Source of the DNA: a virus
Taxonomy: Duplodnaviria > Heunggongvirae > Uroviricota > Caudoviricetes
Strand: one strand, 5' to 3'
IMG/VR virus record: IMGVR_UViG_3300029705_000015
DNA length: 64,000 nt
Part shown: positions 36,200 through 45,564 of the stretch, piece by piece
Numbering within the stretch: position 1 is the stretch's first letter
Layout: the number at the start of each line of letters is the position of its first letter
Position numbers and translations under genes: made by a program
The notes under the pieces: generated by a model
Database searches by the model: none
Told to the model about the DNA's origin: nothing
The model's input: the letters and a program-made list of their open reading frames with translations, nothing else

Positions 36200-37213
36200 A
36201 TGAAAGCACGTAAAGTAACAAATGAAGAATTCAATAATCTTCAAAAAGTTCTTGATGGTGAGAAACCTGAAGTGGTAGCTCATCTTGATGTTGTCACAGC
36301 AAATGCTGTTAAAGAACACGCAGCCGCTGAGGAGCATATTGAAGAAGTTGCTGAAGAGCTTAAAACAGCAGCTGATGTACTTAAAGTTGATCAGCCTGAA
36401 GAACAAGATACAGAAGTTAAGAATGAGTTTACTGCGAAGCTGACTCTTGATGAGTCTCTTGAAAACTTCCAGTTGCAGGAAGAGGAGAAACCTGCTGACG
36501 GAAGAGCTCGTAAAGTTTATGACGATGATGATGAAGACGAGTATCTCGATTTTGATATGTTCGATTTCATTTACGGACTTGTCACTGACTGCTGGCCTAA
36601 GCCACTAAATCCTCTGGATCACAAGCTGAGAAAATTCATGTACATTGGTTCGGATACATATACTTCAACTGATCGTGTAGAAGCAGGAAATGTGTCGGAT
36701 GGTCATGCACAAGTTGCAAGTACTGGTGACACGATTCAAGTGTATGCTAACAAGCCTGAAGAGTTCAATGATATCATTGAGATCTGTAACTTGTACAAAT
36801 TTGAGTACACTGGTCCTGCTCAGAGAAGAAGCAAGAGTACTTACTGGGAATACTCCCTTGATATTCATGTTCCTTGTGTCAGCAGCGGATATCCTTACAT
36901 GGTTGAGGAATATTTTGAAACCATTGGTAAGACGATGGAAGATGTTATGCCTGCAGACTTCTGTAAGCAATATCGTAAGAGACAAGCTCGTGTAGAAAAA
37001 GAGGCACAGAAGTACATTAACGATGCCGAAGTCGATAAACTTACTAAGCAAGCTATTACGGCTGCAGCTCAAGATAATACTGAGCCACTTGAAGCACACT
37101 TGAAGCGTCTATATATCGCACTTGATGATGCAGGATTAACTTATCAAAAGTCAAAAGTAAAGAAAATATTTATGGATGAATTTGCTGATGACTTTGATGA
37201 TGACGAAGACTGA
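36200..37213 (+). CDS. acidic hypothetical protein (putative capsid cargo/core)
   Basis: GGAGG RBS; KLTLDES and QLQEE motifs after an acidic helical N-terminus. Confidence 0.55.
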   Translation: MKARKVTNEEFNNLQKVLDGEKPEVVAHLDVVTANAVKEHAAAEEHIEEVAEELKTAADVLKVDQPEEQDTEVKNEFTAKLTLDESLENFQLQEEEKPADGRARKVYDDDDEDEYLDFDMFDFIYGLVTDCWPKPLNPLDHKLRKFMYIGSDTYTSTDRVEAGNVSDGHAQVASTGDTIQVYANKPEEFNDIIEICNLYKFEYTGPAQRRSKSTYWEYSLDIHVPCVSSGYPYMVEEYFETIGKTMEDVMPADFCKQYRKRQARVEKEAQKYINDAEVDKLTKQAITAAAQDNTEPLEAHLKRLYIALDDAGLTYQKSKVKKIFMDEFADDFDDDED

Positions 37214-37233
37214 TTGACAAGTTAAAAACTTTG

Positions 37234-37270
37234 AAGACTCTGTAGATGTTCTTGTCTACAGAGTCTTTTG
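37234..37270 (+). terminator. intrinsic terminator
   Basis: AAGACTCTGTAGA/TCTACAGAGTCTT 13-bp stem. Confidence 0.75.
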
Positions 37271-37306
37271 TTGTAATACAAAGAATCATGTATATAAATC
37301 TATAGT

Positions 37307-37981
37307 ATGATTAAGAAGGAGATAGCTTTGGGAATGTTTAGAAACTATCAATCAGAGCTGTTGAAAAATTATCAGCCAAATAACTTAGTCAACGAATTTT
37401 CCTGTAGTACTCCAGATAGTAAATTGATTTCAAGAGATTCAAGTAAACCTTATGAAGAGTACAACATCAAGGGTGAACATGTTGGCTACTTCTGGAGACA
37501 GGGTGAAACTTTGAATCTTGAATTTTTGATTGAGGGTGAAGTAACAGTTGAACCAAGTGCAATAGTTTCTACAGTTAGCGGTGAAACTCCTGATGAACTT
37601 TATACAAGTGTTCCTGCTAACACGCGATACTACAATCTTACGGATCTTAACTCATGGAGCTGTTACGTTGATTCAGGAGTTACAAAGTGGGTACAGGATG
37701 AGGAGTTTAGATATCCCGATGGTGCTACACGAACTGTTTATATGCCTGTTTCAAAGTATCTACAGGATAAAACAGTAACAGTAACTTTGTACAATTTCCG
37801 TATGGAAGAAGTTCATGCGTGGACTCCTGAAGTAAAGAATTCTAAAGTTGTTTGTAGAATTGATCGAGAACTATCTACAAAGCTTCCAAAAGGTGTTTAC
37901 TACTGTAAAGTTACAGTTGGTAATGAGTTGGTTAGCTTCACAATCTTTGATACTAACGATTGTTTACTATTAGTTAAGTGA
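37307..37981 (+). CDS. putative baseplate/fibre attachment protein (Ig-like)
   Basis: W.QGET..L...LPKGVYYCKV pattern; first gene of the fibre cluster; start may lie at 37328/37334. Confidence 0.5.
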   Translation: MIKKEIALGMFRNYQSELLKNYQPNNLVNEFSCSTPDSKLISRDSSKPYEEYNIKGEHVGYFWRQGETLNLEFLIEGEVTVEPSAIVSTVSGETPDELYTSVPANTRYYNLTDLNSWSCYVDSGVTKWVQDEEFRYPDGATRTVYMPVSKYLQDKTVTVTLYNFRMEEVHAWTPEVKNSKVVCRIDRELSTKLPKGVYYCKVTVGNELVSFTIFDTNDCLLLVK

Positions 37982-37989
37982 GGTAGATT

Positions 37990-38196
37990 ATGGATATCAA
38001 ACTAAGAGCAAGATTATCTGCATACTCACTTGTTGATACATTTGATCAGGACGATTCAGATCATGTATGTGAAAACAACATGATTAGAGTAACTGAATCA
38101 CAGATTGATAAGTTGTTTGATAACACAAATAATGGAGCAACTTCAAATAATGCAGATTTTACAAACTTTGTAGACTCTCTTTTTGCGGAGGGTTGA
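37990..38196 (+). CDS. small fibre adaptor
   Basis: Contains VTESQIDKLF. Confidence 0.5.
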   Translation: MDIKLRARLSAYSLVDTFDQDDSDHVCENNMIRVTESQIDKLFDNTNNGATSNNADFTNFVDSLFAEG

Positions 38197-38198
38197 TT

Positions 38199-38570
38199 AT
38201 GTTTAATATTGCGTTCAATGGAATAATTACTGTTAACAGAGGTGACTCTTTCAGCTTCCCACTAACAATAAACTTTGGAACATCAATGGATCCGTTAAAC
38301 TATGGATTGAGACAGAATGACAGAGTTTACTTTGCAGTTATGGAGCCAAATCAGCCATTTGAAACTGCTTTGATAAAAAAAGTGTTTACACAAGCGGATG
38401 TTAACGAGAACAACGAAATCATGATAAAGTTCAAACCGAAAGATACTTTATGTGTTCTTCCGGGTAAGTATTACTATCAGATAAAACTGCAAAGATTTAA
38501 TTCAGATGATCCAGAAGACTATGATGTCGATACGGTTATTGATAAAACACAATTTTTCATCCTGGAGTAA
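38199..38570 (+). CDS. BppU-N-like baseplate upper protein domain
   Basis: ITVNRGDS...F...DT....G.YYYQIKL pattern. Confidence 0.6.
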   Translation: MFNIAFNGIITVNRGDSFSFPLTINFGTSMDPLNYGLRQNDRVYFAVMEPNQPFETALIKKVFTQADVNENNEIMIKFKPKDTLCVLPGKYYYQIKLQRFNSDDPEDYDVDTVIDKTQFFILE

Positions 38571-38573
38571 GAT

Positions 38574-39920
38574 ATGGCAATAAAAGGACTTGTTGGTGGA
38601 ACAAACACCACTACAACTACTGTAACCGCTTCAGGAAATACAACCCCAGCTGTTACAACGGAAGTAAATAGCACATCCACACTTAGTGCTAGATTAGGCG
38701 CAACACAAACAATGTCTGCGTCAGCTGTTTCAACTACACCCGTTCCTGTTGAATATACTGGAGTTGAATCAGACTCTATGTATGTCACTGTTAATAACAC
38801 CAATAGAACTATTAGTGGTGAAGTTAAGTGGCGTAACATGATTGCGACAACTGAAGCGGAGGAAGATGCTAATCACGCATATCCTGCAAACAAAGCTCGG
38901 ATAAACTTTGGCGACATCGAAACAAAGTTTGCAACAATCAACAGAACATTAACAACTCTTAGTAATTCTTGTACTTCAGCTCATCAAAATGTTTCTCAGT
39001 ATGTTGAAGAATTACAGCAGGTTCAAGTAGAGTTAGGTCAACTTATTCAAGATTGCTCCAACTTAAATTTGAACTTAACTAGAGAGAGTCTTGCAAGAGA
39101 GCGAAAAGACACTGAATTACAGGGTAAGATAAGTGATACCAAAACTCAACTGGATTCAAGTTTTGAGAATTTACAAACTGTGATTTACGACAGACTGAAT
39201 GCACAGGATAATAAGATCTCCAAGAATTCCGTTGATGTTGAAAATGAAACAGCTAGAGCTCAGGAAGAAGAAAGTAAACTTTCAAGATCTATTCAAAATA
39301 CAACAAAAGCCCTGTTAATCACTCAGAGTGATTTAACACAGATGGAATTGCGAGCTGACTCTATTAGTGACAGAGTAGGCAAGTTAGAAAATTCTGGTGT
39401 TGTTGCTAAAGTTGGTGAGCATACTCAAGATATTGGAGACTTGAAGAAACAGCTAACAAATGTTAACATGAAATTAACATCTAATGTTGACACTGTTACA
39501 GATGATGTTTCAAGAATTTCTGACATTGTTTACAAACATGACTCAAAGATAACATCAGTTGAGTCAGAAGTTAAAGAAGCAACAAGTGATCTTCGAGATA
39601 TGAAAACCACAAATAGTCGACAAGATCGTGAACTTGATGCTATTGAGCAAAGACAACAGAATGAGGAAGAAACTAGAAATAGACAGTTTATTTCGTTGTC
39701 AGCAATGATTTCAGGTGAAACGGAAGTTCGTAGATCTGTTGACGAACTTCATGCAAGTGAATTAGATCGTCTAGAAGTTCGTATTTCCACATTACAAACA
39801 AGATTGTTTGAAATAATTGAAAATCTTGGTAACGAGCTTAGAGCTCGAGATGAAGACCTAGCAAACAACATTCAAAATGTTTCCTATGCATTTGTTGATG
39901 CTGGAACTGCACCAATTTAA
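38574..39920 (+). CDS. long coiled-coil fibre protein
   Basis: Heptad-rich with E..R...D repeats; C-terminal VDAGTAP. Confidence 0.65.
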   Translation: MAIKGLVGGTNTTTTTVTASGNTTPAVTTEVNSTSTLSARLGATQTMSASAVSTTPVPVEYTGVESDSMYVTVNNTNRTISGEVKWRNMIATTEAEEDANHAYPANKARINFGDIETKFATINRTLTTLSNSCTSAHQNVSQYVEELQQVQVELGQLIQDCSNLNLNLTRESLARERKDTELQGKISDTKTQLDSSFENLQTVIYDRLNAQDNKISKNSVDVENETARAQEEESKLSRSIQNTTKALLITQSDLTQMELRADSISDRVGKLENSGVVAKVGEHTQDIGDLKKQLTNVNMKLTSNVDTVTDDVSRISDIVYKHDSKITSVESEVKEATSDLRDMKTTNSRQDRELDAIEQRQQNEEETRNRQFISLSAMISGETEVRRSVDELHASELDRLEVRISTLQTRLFEIIENLGNELRARDEDLANNIQNVSYAFVDAGTAPI

Positions 39921-39929
39921 GGAGAGCAA

Positions 39930-40874
39930 GTGATGGCTATTGACGAAACACAACAATATGTAGACTGGGCTGGTCTTAGATACTACGATCAGCGAGTTAA
40001 AGCGTATATTGACGCAAAAGTTACTAACTCAGAAGATCAAACTCAGTTTCGAGCAGATCTTGAGCAACTTGAAAACAGAATTCAAACTTTAGCAGATAAT
40101 TTTACAACTGACAAGACACACATCTATGAGCACATCGATGCTTGTAAAAAAAGTTCTGCAACTAAGGAAGAACTTGCAAGTGCTGTTGCTGCACTTCGTG
40201 AAGAGATCAAGACACTAACAGGTGTTGATCTTGGTGAGTATGCTACAAAAGAGTTTGTTGAACAGAAGCTTGAAGATCTCTCGTTGTCGGTGGAACTTCC
40301 AGAGGACGTAGTAACTACCGATGATATTCAGAACTTTGTAACTAAATCTGAGCTTGCCGAAGAGATTGGTAAGATTACGCTCCCTGAAGTCGATCTAACT
40401 GATTTAGCTACAAAAGAAGAACTACATGAAGTTGAAGCAAAGATTCCTTCTATAGATGAACTTGCTTCTGAAGCATATGTTGATGAGAAAATAAGAGCAA
40501 TTGAACTTCCACAGGTTCCTACTAGATTAGGTGAGCTTGAGAATGATGCAGGATACTTGACCGGGGTTCCTGAAGGTTATGCAACTGAGGGTTATGTTGA
40601 CGAAGCAGTTGCAAAACTTGTTGATAGCGCTCCTGAAGAGTTAGATACTCTGAAAGAGTTATCGGATGCTATATCAAGCCAGAAGGGTGTTCTTGGTACT
40701 TTTGCAACAAAGACTGAGATTGCGGACCTGGCTACTCAAGAATTTGTTCAAGAACAGATTGCTGCTGTTAAACATATTACTTCTGAAGAAGTAGAAAAGA
40801 TTGTTGATGAAAAGGTTGAAGCAGCAATAACTGACGGTGCAACAGTGTCCTCAATCTCTTATGGAACATTCTAA
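39930..40874 (+). CDS. fibre protein (DL..YATK repeats; LVDSAPEELDTLKEL motif)
   Basis: Typical phage fibre stalk motifs; N-terminal YVDWAGLRYY; C-terminal ISYGTF. Confidence 0.7.
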   Translation: MMAIDETQQYVDWAGLRYYDQRVKAYIDAKVTNSEDQTQFRADLEQLENRIQTLADNFTTDKTHIYEHIDACKKSSATKEELASAVAALREEIKTLTGVDLGEYATKEFVEQKLEDLSLSVELPEDVVTTDDIQNFVTKSELAEEIGKITLPEVDLTDLATKEELHEVEAKIPSIDELASEAYVDEKIRAIELPQVPTRLGELENDAGYLTGVPEGYATEGYVDEAVAKLVDSAPEELDTLKELSDAISSQKGVLGTFATKTEIADLATQEFVQEQIAAVKHITSEEVEKIVDEKVEAAITDGATVSSISYGTF

Positions 40875-40888
40875 GAGAGGTAAATAAA

Positions 40889-41305
40889 GTGCAATTTCAG
40901 ATTAAGTATGGTTTAAGAGCAAATATTGATAACATTGCTGATATAAACAAGATTGAAGGTTGCTGGTACATTTGTACTGATACACTTGAAGTCTTTGTGT
41001 GCATAAAAAATGATCAAAATAATCTTGTGCTTGAGCGTATTCAAGCAAGTAGTTCCTTTGATGAGGACATCATTGATCTTAAAGAGCGTGTTACTGCTCT
41101 AGAATCCTCATCAAGAGAAGTGCAAGTTAGTACACTATTCGACTTACCACAGATAGGTCAAGTTGGAATTGTATATATAGTTGTTAAGGAAAATGCTGCT
41201 TACAGATGGGATGCCGAAGGTGGTAACTTTATCTGTATTGGCAGAGACTGGAATGAAATTCAATGCATAAACGGCGGAGATGCTTCTTCCACATTTTCAA
41301 AATAA
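40889..41305 (+). CDS. small fibre adaptor
   Basis: EG.WY..TDT; LP..G..G..YIV......Y.W; C-terminal INGGDA. Confidence 0.6.
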   Translation: MQFQIKYGLRANIDNIADINKIEGCWYICTDTLEVFVCIKNDQNNLVLERIQASSSFDEDIIDLKERVTALESSSREVQVSTLFDLPQIGQVGIVYIVVKENAAYRWDAEGGNFICIGRDWNEIQCINGGDASSTFSK

Positions 41306-41389
41306 CTTTGAATGATAATCAAGTAATATACTTGTAGATGCAGAAAGTAAGTTTATAAATTTATTTTTATGAGAGGAAATCAATCAATT

Positions 41390-42520
41390 ATGGCAGAATT
41401 AAAAACTCAAATTCTTATCCGTAATGATACAGCAGAAAACTGGACTGCAAAAGATCCTGTTTTGGGCGCTGGCGAGTTCGGTGTTGAAGTTGGTGCTTCT
41501 GACAACAAACTGAAGATTGGTGATGGTGAGAAAAAGTGGAGTGAGCTCCCTTATACTTACAATTATTCAGAGCTTCAGCAGATTGCACAATTTGACAGCG
41601 ATCTGCAGTTAACAATGCAGTTTGGTAGATACAAGCCAGGCAGTTCTGGCTCTGTTGTTGTTCCTGCTGAAGGTAAAACAGCTCAGCAAGTTCTTCTTGA
41701 TGCATTTGCTGTTCCTACTAATCCTACAGTTGGAGCTCGTACTTTAACTATTTCAACTAGCGGAAATCAGACCGGTGAAGTTGGTGAGTTGTTTGCATTA
41801 CCAACAGCCACTGCAAAAGTTGGAACTGGTTCTTATCAGTATGGTTCTTACGGTGCTGATGGTACTACAAAGTATACTGATACTGGTACAGGAATTGTGT
41901 TCTCCTCAATTTCTATCAGTTCTGAAAATCCCGCTAAAACAGCAACCGGAAGTAACTCAAACAGTGATGTTACACTAAGTTTAACTACAACAGAGTTACC
42001 TGATGCTGATCGTAAGTTTACCGATACAGCAAGAACCTTCAATTTCAGTGCAAGTGCTTCTCATGATGGTTCTCCTAGAACTCCTGTCAACAATGTGGGA
42101 ACTAAAGTTGAAAGCTTGAAAATTGGTGCTCAAGATTTAACTGCAACAGGATCTTTAACTGTTACTGGTTATCGTAAGTGGTTTATGTACATCGGTAAGG
42201 ATCATACAACTCCTATCTCCTCTGCATTCATTCGTGGTGCAACTCATATGGGATGGGGCAAAGACGCAGCATCTCAAGCAGGTGTAGAAATTCCTGCGGG
42301 CACAACACGTATTGTAGTTGCTATTCCTACTGCTTGTAACAAAGCACTGACTGAAGTCATCGACGTTGATGGAATGGGCTTAAGTGCTTTTGGTAAGTTT
42401 GTTTCTGATACTGTTGAAGTTGAAGGTGCAAATGGTGCAACAGCTGTTGAATACAAAACTTGGACTCTTGTTCAAGCTGAGGGTCTTGCAGCTACACATT
42501 ACGATTTCACAATCGGTTAA
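41390..42520 (+). CDS. fibre protein with Mtd_N-like N-terminus
   Basis: ILIRNDTAENW...PVL..GE.GVE...KLKIGDG...W..LPY. Confidence 0.7.
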   Translation: MAELKTQILIRNDTAENWTAKDPVLGAGEFGVEVGASDNKLKIGDGEKKWSELPYTYNYSELQQIAQFDSDLQLTMQFGRYKPGSSGSVVVPAEGKTAQQVLLDAFAVPTNPTVGARTLTISTSGNQTGEVGELFALPTATAKVGTGSYQYGSYGADGTTKYTDTGTGIVFSSISISSENPAKTATGSNSNSDVTLSLTTTELPDADRKFTDTARTFNFSASASHDGSPRTPVNNVGTKVESLKIGAQDLTATGSLTVTGYRKWFMYIGKDHTTPISSAFIRGATHMGWGKDAASQAGVEIPAGTTRIVVAIPTACNKALTEVIDVDGMGLSAFGKFVSDTVEVEGANGATAVEYKTWTLVQAEGLAATHYDFTIG

Positions 42521-42548
42521 TAACAGAGAAGGAGAATAAAGTAATATT

Positions 42549-44483
42549 ATGAGTTACGAATATCAGAAATTTGCATCACTTCCTGTTAACCTGAACAGAC
42601 AGGCTTATGGCGCACTTGATATTTCTCAAGTGTTCACAAGTGAAAATGATCTTAAGTACTATGTAAGTAAAGGTGCTTATACAACTGACGTATCTGAGTA
42701 CTGGTTCAAGAATGCAGAGGAGAAGGTTGTTCCTTATCCCTACGCTGGTCAGTATCTTGCTCTTGTTGACAATGAAACTCGTAAGGTAACTGCTTACATT
42801 CTGGAAGAGCGTGCTGAAGAGGACGTTGATGTTGCTCAAGGTAAGTATGCATTCAGCTACAAAGAAGTTGGTATCACTCCTGTTGGAGATGACAAAACTA
42901 TCGATGTTGATGCAACAGGTAAGATTACTGTTCACGGCATTGAGGGTAAGACTTCCGGAACTTATGTTCCTCAGTTAGTTAACGGTGAGTTAGTGTGGTC
43001 AGTCCCTTCTAACATTACTGTTGATGGATTGAACGCTAACTTAACCGGTTTAACTGAGCGTGTAACAAACCTTGAGGATAAGGATGAAGTTCTCGAGGAA
43101 GCTGTTGGTGCTGCTCAGGATGCAGCTAACGCAAATGCTGAGGCTATTACAGCTCTTCAAGCAAAAGATGTAGAGCTTGCAAATGCAGATACTGCTCTCG
43201 GTAATCGTGTTACTGCTGTTGAGCAGACCTTGAATGGAACTCCTGCTACAGGCAGTGAGGAAGATGGCGACTATGTAGCTGCTGTTCCTGGCTTAGTTTC
43301 TAAAGTTGCAACTTTAGAGGATGATATGTCCGCAGCTGAGGATGCAATCAGCAACAGATATACAAAAGATGAAGTACATACATATGTTGCTCAGGAAATT
43401 GGTAAACAAGCTCATTTCAGTGCTCGAGTAGTTACTAGTATTACTGAGATGACCGACACTACAACCCTTTATCTGTTAAAGAAAGAGGATGTAACCGGTG
43501 CTGATGTTTACGAGCAGTATATTGTTTTAACTGATGCAGAAGGAACTAAGACTCCTACTCTTATCGGTGAAACTTCAATTGACCTTACTCCTTATGCAAC
43601 TGACTCCGATCTTCAAACTGCTATCAACAGTGTAGTAGACGCTTATGCAGCTGCTGATAGCACACTTGACGGTAAGATTACAGCTCTGCAACAAACCATC
43701 AATGGTTTAGATGCTAAGTATGATGCTAAGTACGAAACTATTGCTAATGTTGCAAAGAAAGCTGATCAGACTGCACTTGATGCGACTAACGAAACTGTTT
43801 CAGGCATTAGTGACAAAGTTACTGGACTTGAAGACAAAGCTCACACTCACAGCAACAAAGATGTTCTTGATGAAATTACTTCTGAGAAAGTTGCTGCTTG
43901 GGATGAAGCTGAGAAGAATGTTATTCATTCTGCAGATGAAGGTGAGTTTACTGTCACTGACAGAGAGCTCAGCATCAAGGAGATTGCTCAGAACAAAGTC
44001 ACAGGCTTAGCCGGTTCTTTACAAGCACTACAAGACAACATCAATGGTAAAGTATCTAAGGAAGATGGCAAAGAGCTTATCTCAAGCACCGATCTTGCTA
44101 AACTTGCTAAGCTGAATGCCGATGGCACTCTAGCTGCAACAAATGTTACTGGTTTAGCTGATTGGATGTCTGCTAACCGTGAAACGGCTGCTGGCTTAAT
44201 GTCTGCTGCTGAGGAAGAGAAGTTAGCTGGAATTGCAGAAGGTGCTCAGGTTAACGTCATTGAAGGCATTTCTGTTGCTGGTGAAACACTCGCTCCTAAC
44301 GCAAGTAAGATTGTTGAGATTGCTAGTGCAAGTAATGCAGTTTACGGTGTTGTTAAGGGAACTGCAGCTATGAACATGGTCTCTATCAACGAAGATAAAG
44401 CAATGGAAGTTCATAGCTTAAATGTTACTAAGTTGGTTCAGGATGAGAATACTGTTCTTATTCTTAACGGTGGCAATGCTTAA
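42549..44483 (+). CDS. coiled-coil fibre protein
   Basis: HTHSNK..LD, GLMSA....KLAGIAEGAQVNVI and VKG motifs; C-terminal ILNGGNA. Confidence 0.7.
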   Translation: MSYEYQKFASLPVNLNRQAYGALDISQVFTSENDLKYYVSKGAYTTDVSEYWFKNAEEKVVPYPYAGQYLALVDNETRKVTAYILEERAEEDVDVAQGKYAFSYKEVGITPVGDDKTIDVDATGKITVHGIEGKTSGTYVPQLVNGELVWSVPSNITVDGLNANLTGLTERVTNLEDKDEVLEEAVGAAQDAANANAEAITALQAKDVELANADTALGNRVTAVEQTLNGTPATGSEEDGDYVAAVPGLVSKVATLEDDMSAAEDAISNRYTKDEVHTYVAQEIGKQAHFSARVVTSITEMTDTTTLYLLKKEDVTGADVYEQYIVLTDAEGTKTPTLIGETSIDLTPYATDSDLQTAINSVVDAYAAADSTLDGKITALQQTINGLDAKYDAKYETIANVAKKADQTALDATNETVSGISDKVTGLEDKAHTHSNKDVLDEITSEKVAAWDEAEKNVIHSADEGEFTVTDRELSIKEIAQNKVTGLAGSLQALQDNINGKVSKEDGKELISSTDLAKLAKLNADGTLAATNVTGLADWMSANRETAAGLMSAAEEEKLAGIAEGAQVNVIEGISVAGETLAPNASKIVEIASASNAVYGVVKGTAAMNMVSINEDKAMEVHSLNVTKLVQDENTVLILNGGNA

Positions 44484-44502
44484 TTCCATCACTTAAATCT
44501 AC

Positions 44503-44550
44503 AACTATCTCTCTATAAGATCTTGTATATAATCTTATAGAGAGATAGTT
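44503..44550. repeat. 19-bp perfect inverted repeat enclosing a TGTATATAAT motif
   Basis: AACTATCTCTCTATAAGAT-cttgtatata-ATCTTATAGAGAGATAGTT. Confidence 0.85.
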
Positions 44551-44566
44551 TCTACGAGGTACAAAT

Positions 44567-45445
44567 ATGTCAGTTATTGAAAAAACTCTTAATACAAGAA
44601 TTGTTAATAAACATGGTACATATGCTGAGTGGACTTCAAGTAACATTACACTTAAGAAGGGTGAGATTGCTCTTGTAGAATTTGCTACAACTGAAAGTGA
44701 TGGCTCTTCTAGCTCAACTTACTTGATGAAAATCGGCGATGGTTCTACTGCATTTAGTGGACTTAACTGGTTATCCGCCCCTGCATCTGATGTTTATGAT
44801 TGGGCAAAATCTGCATCCATCAATGATGTTGATATTACTGGTAACCAAGCAATCATCACATTAACTGATGATCTTGATAAAGCTGAGGAAGCAATCTTAG
44901 CTTTGCAGAATGCTGTTACTGGCGGAATGCATTTTATCGGCATTTCTACAACTGATCCTGCAACAGGAACGGTTACCGTTGGTGGTGAAGCTATAACACC
45001 CGCTAGAGGTGATATTGTAATCTACAAAGTAACAGATACTGATGCTCGTGATGTTGAGTATGTGTACGATGGAACTGGTTGGATTGAGCTGGGCGATGTT
45101 ACAGCTGAAGCAAAGCGTATTACTGCTCTCGAAACATGGAGAGCAACTGCAGAAGATGAGATTGATGCTCTTCAGTCTGCAAGTCATACTCATACAAACA
45201 AGACCCTTTTAGACTCTATTGTTGCAGATAATATTCACACGCACTCTAACAAGGGTGTTATTGATGGCATCACTTCAACAAAAGTTTCTAACTGGGATAC
45301 AGCTTATACAGATTCACAAACAAACAAAACTAACATTGGAACTCAAACTGATAGAGTTAACGCACTATATAACATGTTAGGAGATGGATCTGAACTAGCA
45401 ACAGTTCTAATTCTTGATTGCGGAACTGCAACTTCTAGTTGGTAA
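44567..45445 (+). CDS. fibre protein with Mtd_N-like N-terminus
   Basis: KHGT..EW...LKKGEI...KIGDG; HTH.NK twice; C-terminal LDCGTA. Confidence 0.7.
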   Translation: MSVIEKTLNTRIVNKHGTYAEWTSSNITLKKGEIALVEFATTESDGSSSSTYLMKIGDGSTAFSGLNWLSAPASDVYDWAKSASINDVDITGNQAIITLTDDLDKAEEAILALQNAVTGGMHFIGISTTDPATGTVTVGGEAITPARGDIVIYKVTDTDARDVEYVYDGTGWIELGDVTAEAKRITALETWRATAEDEIDALQSASHTHTNKTLLDSIVADNIHTHSNKGVIDGITSTKVSNWDTAYTDSQTNKTNIGTQTDRVNALYNMLGDGSELATVLILDCGTATSSW

Positions 45446-45463
45446 TTTGTTATTACATAAGTT

Positions 45464-45498
45464 AAATAGAGCTACATTGATATGTAGCTCTATTTTTA
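45464..45498 (+). terminator. intrinsic terminator
   Basis: AAATAGAGCTACAT/ATGTAGCTCTATTT plus T tract. Confidence 0.8.
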
Positions 45499-45564
45499 TT
45501 GACTTGCTGTTGATACAATTGTATATAACAGTATAAGAAACTTTATTGAGGAGTGTGATTAGAC

